Assembly: GCA_012295275.1 (NCBI GenBank) | Contig: CM022672.1 | Location: 13,702,001-13,766,000, forward strand | Direction: 5' to 3' | DNA: 64,000 nucleotides | Source: Chrysomallon squamiferum | Taxonomy: Eukaryota > Animalia > Mollusca | Part shown: positions 41,946 to 64,000 of the stretch, one piece after another | Layout of the letters: each line of letters opens with the position of its first letter | How positions within the stretch are numbered: the first letter of the stretch is position 1 | Translations under genes and position numbers: made by a program | The notes under the pieces: generated by a model | Databases searched by the model: none | What the model saw: only the letters and a program-made list of their open reading frames with translations | What the model was told of the DNA's origin: nothing

Positions 41946-42503
41946 CTTTTATTTTCAAGTCTATTTGTTTGTTTTGCAAAGAATGTTTGTTCCTTTACTG
42001 GATTAGAAGAGTTTAGATCGAAAATCCGTCTTTAAAACAAAGCCAGAGATAAATAATGAGCGGCATTAAAAATTACTTAATCTCTTTTTAACAAATTCTG
42101 TTTATATTTTTTGGTATAATGAACATGAGATGATGATGGTAAAGTAAGATATGTAATAACAATAACAAAACATTAAAAATAAATAAATTAATTAATTTGA
42201 AAAAAAAAAAAAAAAAAAAATAAAAATTAATAATGATAATTCTTTCAGTTATTTAATTATCTGTCTTAAATTATTTTCTGGTTTTAATTCCCTCCTTTCA
42301 ACAACGCTCCTCTGTCCTCGGCAATCAAAACGTGATTAATATCATTTAAAAAAAAAAAAAAAGAGACAAAAATCGATTATTTACTTGCACACGATGAATG
42401 TTGTTTTTTGTCTTCCGTTCCACTTCGTCAATATCCGCACTATGGGTAAGAAAATCCGTGTGTCAACGAAGACGTTTAAAGTGGAGAGGAAAGAAAAAGA
42501 ACC

Positions 42504-43300
42504 ATGAAGACTGAATATTTCTCTTTAGGAATGTTTTTGCTCTCCGTTTTAGGACTTCAAAGGGGTGAGTAAATGTAGGTTATTTTATCAGCTGCAAAAG
42601 AATATGCATTCTCACTTCATTGTTCTTTTTTTTACTCTTTGCGTAACCCAAGTGTTCGGTCATTATAAAAATACTGAATGAAGAACACAGGACGTCTTTT
42701 TCAAGTTTTAGCTAGCTTTCATTTTGTTGTTTTTATTATAAATTCTTCTTTCTCCTTTATCGTGGTTTTTTTTTTTTCTGTTTTATTTCTTTCTGTTTTT
42801 TAATTATTTTATAATTTTTATTAATATTTTTTTTTTTTTTTTTATTATATTTTCTTATAAATTCTTCTTTTTCACAACTTTTTTCTTCTTCTTTATTAGT
42901 ACTTTTTTAATCATTTCTTTTTGTGCCCAAAAACGTGTTCGACACTGAAAATTTCTGTAAACGAATAAAATATTTATATTACACCTGGAAGTAGTTTAAA
43001 AACTTTCAGTTATATTCAAGATTTGATTATTGTACTGTACAGCATTTAACAAAGACAATAATTTATAATGTATTTCAGTAGCCATATAATCAGGGCTGTA
43101 TTAACCCATAGCCGGGCCCCTAAATTTTCAGATATATCAGGCCCTCTCCAGAATGCAAATTGCCTTTACTTGGAGACCTGCAATCATTGCCTCAGCAAAA
43201 AAAAAAAAAAAAAAATAAAATTAATAATATTAATGATAATAAAAATGATAAATAAATGAGGCAATGATTCCTGAGACCTAGGGCGCAGGAATCATTGCCT

Positions 43301-43335
<35 letters not shown>

Positions 43336-43351
43336 ATAATAATAAAAATGA

Positions 43352-43403
<52 letters not shown>

Positions 43404-45043
43404 AATGTTGTTGCTTTTGGACCTTTTGTTTCTGTTTTAATTGTTTTTTTTTTTCAAAAGAAGAATTTACAACAAAGAAAATAATATTTTATTGCCTGTC
43501 ATATTTGGTAGAAATATACAATTTAAAAAGAATAAATACAGCTATATCATAGTTTGTATTATAAGGCAGCATGAGTCAGGGAAACAAAATGTACACGGGC
43601 GTGTATGTGTTTATATAGGAACGCCTGTTGTATATTCAAACTATGGGCTTTGTAGACTAATATAGGAAAACACTTAAAGACAGCTACACGTTTCAAATAT
43701 ATATCTTTGTTATATATTTTAGATTTGCATGCCTTGCTCTGTCGTAAACACATCTATGGATGTTGAAACCTTCGAGGAAAGGATACGTTTATTTAAATGC
43801 GTACATCTTTGATACTGAACGCAATTTAATATGTGATGCCTATTTTCATTTAGTCTGAAAACATAAAAAGAGGAGACCCCTGTTACCAGCAGTCAAAGTT
43901 CAGATATTTATTTTCTTAGTTAGTAATACAGTAGGATGCTTGAACATAACTTTATAAAAAGGTCGAATCGCTTTTAAATATCTTTTAATTTTTGTCGTTG
44001 CAGTTGAAGCCGTCAAATGTTTTGTCTGCGACAACGGCGATGCTGTGAAACCCAATTTCAGTTGTCCCGCAGAGGGCAAAGTCAGTTTTCAAACAACAAA
44101 AGTTCAGGAATGCGACGGGAAATGTTACATCAGAACAAGGCACGGTCACGGGAAAGGAGGAGGTAATGTATTAATTATGTCACAGTGAAAATGACTATGC
44201 TCATTTCCATTACAGATTATATAATACAGAAATATAATACAAACCCACAATCAGGAATCCTTTTAGTTTCAGAATGCCCGATATGAAAAGGTCAGCCTGT
44301 ACTCATTTTCTTATAATCTCTCAGATTTGTTTCTACCGTTTTATAGTGATGGATTCCACAACTTTTTATACATTTTAACGGCATTTTTTTTTTATAGATA
44401 ATACTATGGTTCAAGCATGTCAACGTCTGTTCATCATACAGTTAACTATATATGTTAATGATGGTTTGATCACAACGCTTACTTCTGTCATACCGCAGTA
44501 GAATAATCTTGAATGAAATCGAAGAAATGATTTATTCTTTAATACGTCAGTGGGATCAAGTAGTATAGCGTCGGTTCACTGAGCTGTGTTTTATTCTATC
44601 AAACATTCGTTACAGTATGTGTTTTAATACTGGTGTAACAAAGACCCTTGTTACAAATCAGGTTTCCTCTCGTTGTAAGACGGTGCTTAACCATGTGTGC
44701 GACGCCATTAAAAGTAAAATGAAATGTGATTAATGTATCATTAAATGAAACATTTCCTTCTTACATCCCTTCGATACCTTTGATATTAAACAACACTAAA
44801 TTTAATTTATATCTTAAAATTTAAAATACATACGCGAAAGCACATACGCACGATGAATAAAATAAATAATACATTCAGATTATTTCCCTTTCAGCCGTAG
44901 TTCAGAGAGGCTGCCTGCCAACGTCTTGGTTACGGACCTTCATTAAGGATGGATGTGACGTCCTCAACAGCGACATCTGGTGCTTCTGTAACACTGATGG
45001 CTGTAATGGCAAACGACTTGGAGAATGGTTTCCAATGAACTAA
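42504..45043 (+). CDS. Secreted Ly6/uPAR three-finger protein, 3 exons, no GPI tail
   Basis: Exons 42504-42564 (MKTEYFSLGMFLLSVLGLQR), 44004-44162 (VEAVKCFVC..SCPAEG..ECDGKCYIR) and 44895-45043 (VQRGC..KDGC..WCFCNTDGCNGKRLGEWFPMN*). Phase-1 introns, 10 Cys. Confidence 0.88.
43090..43405. mobile_element. Possible MITE-like remnant containing a 46-bp palindrome and a duplicated aatcattgcctcagc-poly(A) block
   Basis: GC-richer head cagggctgtattaacc...gggcccc. 17-bp perfect inverted arms at 43257-43302. Confidence 0.45.
44545..44762 (+). mobile_element. Degenerate SINE-like repeat remnant
   Basis: tRNA A-box-like head, and a tail ggtttcctct...cttaaccatgtgtgcgacgccatt...aaatgtg...ttaaatgaaacatttccttc that resembles gastropod SINE tails (from recollection, not searched). 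Confidence 0.4.
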
Positions 45044-46658
45044 TTACATATGAAATTTGAGCTAAAAGGAATAAAATAATTTTACAGTGGACACGGACTG
45101 AACAGATTCACTTAAACAGTTTCAGTTTATAACGTGTTCACAGATTACATTCTTTTAGTACTTTGTGTGGAACTGAAAATATAGATTTTTTTTTTTTTTT
45201 TTTTTTTAAAGTTAAATTTTTTTTTTTTTTTAAATTATTGTTTTTTTAATTACAAAGTTTAAGAAATCTCGTTACATTTTTGTTTTTCTGAGACATCAGT
45301 ATGCCAGCCATTTTGGATACTTAACAAGGGAGACTACTAAATGCCATTTTTCTAATATCTCGGCACGAAAATAACTTACGGTCGTGATTCTGTAGGCATA
45401 GAATATAACATATACACTTTCCCAAGCTTGTTGTTGATTGCTATTTAGAACATTTCAAGTTATAATTTAAGATTACATCAACCAGTAGGTAGATTATAAT
45501 TATGGAGAAGGCAAACGAAACATGTTCTAAGAATCCTAATGAGGAAATTCTTTCAATCATAGATATATCACATTAAATTAATACATTGTTGACAATTAAA
45601 ACTGTTTAAATAATAAAGTTTACCGCAATTACTTTGTGTTAGATTTGTTTCGTTGAAGGTACATAAATCTGCGGATTTGCGCATTGTAAAAATAAAGGGC
45701 TTAATATCACAAGACACTAAATTGGTACAACTGTATGTTGCATTCATTCATTTAGTTACAGATCAGTTGTAGAAATTATGTAACTGCATACAAGTTAACA
45801 CCAGCATTTCAAATACAAATGAAATCGTTTTAACAAATTACGCCTTGGGTGGAAAAAAAAAAAAAAAAAAAAAAAAAGAGATGTTAGTTTCTGAAAAGCG
45901 TTTTTATATAATTTGGTCGCAGTATTCAATTCAGATACATTTAAGTGTTTCATTCATAAAATTAATGGCAGCGAGGCGTAATTTTGCCCGTTCATACTTA
46001 AATTCGACTGGGCAGTCCACTGTGGTACTGAATTGTAATATCTAGTATGTATATGAAAGAAAGAAAGAAAGAAGGAAAAAAAAACAACAACCCCAAAACA
46101 ATACAAAAATATCGTTTTGTTAAAGGTAGAAAATGCTATTACTTGTGGAATAAACGTTGAATTCATTGCTACTATGTATTTTTTTTTTTTTTTTTTAAAT
46201 TTCATTGCTTAACATAACTTCATCACTTTATTCCTGTTTTGTCATTACTAAATGTTTAAAAACTGTAATTTTCTTTCTTATCCAACCCCAACGTGACTCC
46301 ATATGCACTGTATTCCATTAGCAAAATAACACGCATACAGACATTTCAATAAATAAATTTAAAAAAACAACAACCAAAAAACAAAGAACAAACAAGGAAT
46401 TTAATAGCTTAATTATTTATTGCTTACCCCTTTTGAATTCACGAGTCTTTCAGTCATTAACAAGAAAGAAAAGATTGGACAAAATCATCATTCTGTAGTT
46501 TCACTGCTGAATATTAGTATAAAACCAAACCAATGAGATTTATGTTTACTTTTATATCTGCATGAAAACAATTTATGTCTTTGTTATCTAACATGCTTTA
46601 ATGTAATAAAAATTATATGAATAATATATATATATATATTATGATGTTTCTATAAATC

Positions 46659-46689
<31 letters not shown>

Positions 46690-47944
46690 AAAACCCCCTC
46701 AAGTTCTGCCTTGAAAATAAATTTTAAAAATAATGCCATATATTATCAAGCAGTTGTCTGATCTCTAAACAGTTTGCAAGACTATAATACATGCTTTTAT
46801 CTGTATGTGTGTGTGTGTGACACTATATGTCTATATCTGTGAATAAACAACTGATAAAATCTTACTAGCATTCGCATCATATAACTGTTTGTTTTCCAAT
46901 TTGAGAAAAATTCCTTGCTATAAAAATTTGACGTTTCATTAGATTTTTAATTACCTTTGTAGGTAAAATAACGAAGACTTAAACATTTTAACACAAAAAA
47001 AGACTTGTTATTATACACTACCAGACCAATAACAGAACAATCTAATTTAAACAGCTACAAAAAAAAAAAAAAAAAAAACACAAAAAATCTAAATTTAACA
47101 ATAACCCAGAGGAAAACAAACAAGAAACATACAAATTAAAACAAGCATTACAGCAAACAGATCATCTATATAAATATTTAGAAATTTGCATTGTAAGATA
47201 TTAAGTAAATATATATATATTTTTTTCTATGTACATCTTTCTCATTAAACAAACAAGTATAACACATTTTAATTATATTTAAGGTGGTTTGTATTTACTT
47301 TATACTGGTTTTATGTAGGCTAATGAAAAATCAGAAGTTGTATATGCTGACAACCAAGTCTATTATAAACAATTCATTTCTTGATATTTTGCAGAATGTG
47401 TTGAGAATTTTAAAAATTCTGTTTGTTTTAAATGCAAGATAAATATATGTACATAAAGATTATAGCTCCAAAAATGCTTCTATTTTAAATATATATATTG
47501 CAACTGAATGAAACCATTAAGAAAGATTCTTCACATATAAAAAGATTTGTAAATTCAATGCTCTGTATTTTAAATATATATATATATATATTTATATATA
47601 TTGCAGTGTGTAATAACAAAATGAATTTAAGAAATGTTTGTTTTAAATGAAACTGTTTAACAAAGGCAAATGTACGTAGTTAAAAACATTTCAGCTCAAA
47701 ACACGTTTTGTAAATTCAGAGCTGTTTATTTTAAATACATTAACAAAAATTATTCTTCATCTATGGACCAGCCTTTTGGTTTATATACAATATATATTTG
47801 TACATAAACTTTCCAAATTATACATTTATTTTATTTTATTTTATTTTTTTATAAAACTTTTACATCAAACAGATTTTCTTGAATTTTTTTTATATTTTGA
47901 AGTTCAGTCTATAAATTGTTTTAAAGGTTTTTATAATCGTGAGA

Positions 47945-58734
<10,790 letters not shown>

Positions 58735-58924
58735 TTTGGTGTTTCCTCTAGTCAATAAGTAAAAAGAATAATAAAGAACAACAAAACACAAACAATTTTT
58801 AGCCGATCACACATGTTAGTCCGGTGTAACTGATTTTAAATATCTTTTGTCAGAATGTTTTAGCGCATGTTTAAATGTCTCGTACTACTTCGTGAAAATG
58901 AATAATGGGGACACAGCAACATTA

Positions 58925-58957
<33 letters not shown>

Positions 58958-59151
58958 TCATTATAAATAAAAATAATTAAAGTGCAACAAAACAAATATA
59001 TAACAAAAGAAAGAAACCTACAATAATTATATTCAATATGATATTGATAAAACAAAAAATGCAATTCTTTTATGTATTTGGGGATTGCTACAAAAAAATG
59101 CACCAAGAACTCATTGATGTGTCTCTTATCATAAGCGAAGTGATTTCTCTA

Positions 59152-59194
<43 letters not shown>

Positions 59195-59623
59195 TATATA
59201 GCAGCAATCCTTTTGTTTTATATGAATCTGAAAGAAGAGGACAGCTAATACATTTTACATGCTATTTTCTATCATTTATCAGACATTTATAATAACATTT
59301 TCAAAAACAAAAACTAATATTATACATAAGCAAAATTCGATTAATATTAAACACATTTTAGGTGAAATATTCCTGACAAACAATTAAATTTACATACGAA
59401 AATATTTTACTTTGTAGAAAATATTTGAATAGGCATAATATTAAACAACACCGCTTTGAGTTTGCCCATTAGAGTTGTCTTCTCGTGCTGTTCTCCTGCT
59501 TGATTGGTGTATAGACGACCAATTACTAGAGAACTCACTTCCTCAATCAAATATGTGATTTTTGTTTTCTTCTGTTTTCTCTCTTTTATAAGTGCACATA
59601 GATTGAAGGGATCCTATCCTTTA

Positions 59624-59670
<47 letters not shown>

Positions 59671-60094
59671 TTTGAGTAATTATTTAAAAATAAAAGGAAT
59701 GATCAGTTCTGATGAGAGTAGTTAAAAACGTCAATAAAATGAAAGAAAGTAGAAGATAAAAGTGGAAATAACTCTATAAGATCATTATATATTAAATATT
59801 ATTTAAGTGTTTTCATATTTCTACAAAGCATACACTTGCCCATTAGTAAGGCCTAAGGGCATTGCATACTACATAGGTTTTACATTACTGATTACGGTTA
59901 CCTAAGTAACACAAGCTGAATCAAATAAACAAATAGTGAAATACATAAAAAATAATCTTAAGGTTGCGAATAATCATTGAATTTAGATTTCTTTCTTTCT
60001 TTAAATCAAACAAATACATTAATGAAATCAGTAAGTTTAATACTCGTTAGACACTGTATATAGGAACATCTTGATTTTATTGGTAAATGTTTAC

Positions 60095-60145
60095 ATCGGA
60101 TGCTGCGCTGCGCCATTTAAAGATGGATTATCCAATCGGCGTGTA
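60095..60145. promoter_or_regulatory. Candidate promoter core for the ASB gene (YY1-like CGCCATTT / AAGATGG, plus CCAAT)
   Basis: cgccatttaaagatgg at 60111-60126 and ccaat at ~60132 lie in a CpG-retaining patch between the divergent ABCF1 and ASB genes. An acceptor AG just before the ASB ATG suggests an upstream non-coding exon. Confidence 0.4.
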
Positions 60146-61030
60146 TTTCTTATATCGTTTTGGATGTGCGATCTAACTTTTTTTTATTATATTGATAATA
60201 CTCTTCGGAAAGCTGATTTGTACAAATTGTAGTTAAAATAATCCAGACAGTGTATCTTTTTATCGCTCTTATCTATTAAAACAGTGCACTCGTTTTTAAG
60301 CACTTAACTCTTTGAAATATCACATTTGATTCAATGGAAAATTATAAGTATGTGATCGCAGCAGGTGGTTAAACTGGTTTCAAAACGTTTGTCAAAGTTG
60401 ATAATGAATAGTAGTTGTAATAACATTAACACTTATTTACTTTTTCATAATCATGTGTTTTACAGTATTATGGTTATAAGTAATAATAAAGGCCATGTCT
60501 TCCAATTTTAAAGCTAACTCTGTTAGATTTTGTTATCAGTATTTGATGGTTTTATTTATGTAAGTTCATATAATATATTAGTCACCAAGTGCCATTTTTA
60601 GTAAATTTGTAATTGTCTTAAATAACGAATGTAATGTTACTAATAAACTAGTGGAAAGCATTAAGTCTAAACCTTTTAATTTGTAGAAACTGGAGTTTTA
60701 ACTTAAAGATTTGTGAATCTTAAAGATCAGATATGTGAACGTTACTACATTAATATTACACATTTTTAGGTATTATTTATATTATTTGAGTAATGGATTC
60801 AAATATTTATTACAAACAGTAGTATATTTAGAGTTTAAATTCAAAAATAAGTCATAAGAATCTAGAACAACAACAACAAAAAACAAAAACACAAATGGGT
60901 TTTATATTATTAATTTGATATTAAACTTAAGATTAATCTGGATCTGACAGTTTAATTATATTTGTACAGTATCGTCATACATTTTTATTCTAATTTTAAT
61001 CTCTTGTTTTTTTTTAATAAATGCAGTAAT

Positions 61031-63640
61031 ATGGAAGAAGAAAATGAATCGGTGTTAAACAGGTCAGACTCTTTAGATGTCTTTTTAAGAAAGGTTGAAG
61101 AAAATAACATCACTGCAGTTGACAGACTTCTTTCTGACAGAACATTTCGATCAGACTTGGACTTCAATAAATGTCTTATTTCCTGCCTCAAGTTAAGCTG
61201 TCATTCAGCGATAGTTGAAAAACTTTTAAAACTCGTCCCAAATCTTCGGTATACAGATGAAACTGGCAAGCGAGCGTTACATCATGCAGCCATCCACGGA
61301 CCAGTTGAGAACGTGAAGTGTATTGTAGAAGCTGGAGCACTTGTCAATTGTTCTGACTCACAAGGGTACACACCTTTACACTACGCCTGTGAACAGGACC
61401 ACAGTGATATTGTACGTTATCTGATTCAGGAAGGGGCCCATGTCAACTCATCTCGAACTTACTTGTCTGGCGAGGCAGCTCTGCACATAGCAGCAAAATG
61501 TGGCAACGTGGATTCGGTGACGGCCTTGCTGGAGAGCCACACTGACATCAACTTGCTGATGCTGATGGAACATGGTGGACACACCCCACTCCACAAAGCT
61601 GTGATGGGTGGAAGCAGTGAGGTCGTGCAGTTGCTGTGTGAACGCGATGCTTCTCCATTCTTCAAAGATTCGCTCGGTAAAACTCCCCTTCATCTTGCAG
61701 CTGAGATGGGCCATGTTGAAATCACAGAAATCTTGATTCATTTTGGAAAAACTGCTCTCGTCAATTCCATTGACCTGGTTGAAAAATCTCCTCTGTCCTA
61801 TGCAGCACACGAAGGATTTCTCGAAGTGACTACTGAGTTGATTGGTGCTGGAGCTGATGTGCGTTTATATGATAAAAATGGCTATGCTCCGATTCATTTG
61901 GCTATAGCAGGAAGGAAACTGGAGATAGTGGAGTTACTTCTGCAGTCAGGTTGTGATGTGAACATGCAGTCGAGAAAATCTCTCGAATCACCACTGATGA
62001 TGGCACTCAGCGTGCGAGAAGTTGACATTATTAAGCTGTTGTTGCGGTATGGTGCTGATGTCAATCTTCCAGATTTTAAACATTACTCACCACTTCATCG
62101 TTCACAAGTGTTGGGAAGTAAGTGGACATATTGCTGCAACAAATTTGTTTTTAAAATATGTTTGTCAGTGACGCTCTTAATATGAGATAAATATATTAAT
62201 TTGTATTTTCAAGCTTCTTGATAATTTGACCCCTTTTTGTCAATAAATGATACATCAGTATGTTCTGTTTAACTCTCTCTTTCTTTCTTTCTCTTACTTC
62301 CCTCATATAAATTATAATGGACTGATAATTTGTTTTCTGCCTTCTTTAAATAATAAACAGTAAACACTCTTTACTAAACAGTAGTCTCAATTGTTTTTAA
62401 GTTTTTTTTAATTTTCATTAGTTAAATATCTTTTTGTTTTTGTTTTTTTTATGTTCAGAAAATGAAAATGTGAAGGAACAGATTACAGAGTTGCTGTTAC
62501 AGGCAGGAGCCCGAGTTAATGCCAGGGACCATCAGGGAGCTATTCCCTTAAGCAGAAACATCTTCACTAGTGTGCTGATAAACAGACCAAGTATCAGGGG
62601 CTGTCTCCAGCTTTTAGTGGAGGCAGGGTCTCTTCTCCAGCCTGACACAGAGTACAACAGGTGATTAATATCAGATGCAGCTAATAAAACTATTTCTGCT
62701 ATAAAACATGAAAACTGTATTGTGAGTAAAGCATTGATTAAATTACAGAATTAAGTACTAGGGTTGACATTAAAACTTTCTAGAATGTTGGATAGAGTGT
62801 TATTTCCTGCACAGTTTGTGAAAAAGGATTAATAAAAACCTTTTTACAATGCATTTTGTATTTTGTTCCTCACTGATTTAATATTTTTCTCTAGGAGAAT
62901 TGAATTATTTAGTTATTTAAAATTTGATAACATCTCTTAAATGACTGGCCCAGACTTTACTCTGCCTTTAGAGATTTCTGTAGATCTATACAGATAATGT
63001 GTGTTTATTATATGATATCTCATTATAGATTTGTAAACAGTCTTTATTTCATGAACATTACTGTTTTCATTTCCTTTCACGAAATCACACTATGGCGTGT
63101 CTTGAAAAAAACTTTCCATAAAAGCTATTACCAAATCTTTATTTATATATATATTTTTTCATTTATATCACTATGTCACATATTGAAGCTGTTTTTTCTG
63201 TTTCACTAACGCACTGTTTCAGGAAACATCCTTGAAGAAATCCGAAATTCAGGGATGTGTTAAGTGTTCAGTTATTTAATTTCAGAAATTCTCCTCTGTA
63301 CTGGTTGTGTTCTAGTGGTTACCTGACTGAGGCACACTACCTGGTCCAGGCTGGCTGGGACCTGCAGTACGAACCTTGGATGACAATGGCAGGCAAAACA
63401 CCGCAGCAAACAAGACTACACCAGTGGTTTGTGATGATGTCGCGCACAGTCAAACCCTTGCAACATTACTGTCGTACAAAAATTCGGAGCCATCTGCGAG
63501 AATTACGACAAGACAGGGAAATCGTTTCGTCCATTCAGTCATTACCCGTGCCAGATAAAGTGAAGCAGTTTCTGTGTCTTAGGGACTGTCACTTTGTTGA
63601 AGATGTTTTTGCAGACAAAAAAGACACCCAAGGAGATTAG
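61031..63640 (+). CDS. Ankyrin repeat and SOCS box (ASB-family) protein, 3 coding exons
   Basis: Exon 61031-62117 has about 9 ankyrin repeats (GYTPLHYAC, GKTPLHLAA etc.). Exon 62459-62660 follows. Exon 63286-63640 ends in a SOCS box, VKPLQHYCRTKIRSHL...IQSLPVPDKVKQFL. Confidence 0.93.
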
Positions 63641-64000
63641 TAAAATGTTGTTAAACTTCTACATTCCTTATATTCCTGTCTATATATGTTTATTCATGAC
63701 TATATGAAAATAAGTGCTTGCCAAAAATATATGTATTATAATTATAATAAAGGAAATGGATGTGGTAAAATAAATGCTTGTGATAAAGACTCAAAACTCT
63801 TGCAGTTAAGCTAAATCAGTGACACTAAAAGTGCTCTTAGGTGAAAAATAATCAAAATTATGAAGTGAAACAAAACAGAACTGTGACAAAATAAATGTTT
63901 TGAAAAAATATAGAACATTTTAATAGGTAATTGCAGTTTATGCCAATAACAATAACAAACAGTGCCATAGAGAAAAAAATTGTGTAAATATAAATGACAT

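Noticed and set aside
43571-43620. ATG at 43571 as first exon of the secreted Ly6 gene
   Set aside because: In-frame stop after 15 codons and no donor. The exon at 42504-42564 gives a proper signal peptide.
61448-61810. Antisense ORFs within the ankyrin exon
   Set aside because: Shadow ORFs of a GC-richer coding exon with no independent evidence.

Overview
AT-rich, microsatellite-rich animal genomic DNA with spliceosomal introns, most likely an invertebrate such as a mollusc (inference). Reading exons by hand gives seven intact multi-exon genes: ABHD16A/BAT5 (-), SPOUT1/C9orf114 (-), a Raw-family protein with a duplicated [EF-hand-like pair + nucleoside deoxyribosyltransferase-like] architecture (+), two divergent Ly6/uPAR three-finger genes (one GPI-type, one secreted), ABCF1 (-) and an ankyrin-repeat SOCS-box gene (+). 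An extra duplicated pair of Ly6 3' exons lies next to the GPI-type gene. Main points: (1) the gene set looks like a compact proto-MHC neighbourhood, with human 6p21.3 and 9q34 genes and Ly6 genes lying between ABHD16A and ABCF1; (2) splice-acceptor junctions are tandemly duplicated into the upstream intron in three different genes; (3) a 41-nt copy of a SPOUT1 coding exon lies antisense inside an intron of its head-to-head neighbour; (4) the Ly6 locus could swap domain halves by alternative splicing. Exon coordinates were derived manually and may be off by a few bases. Gene identities come from recognised motifs, not from a database search.
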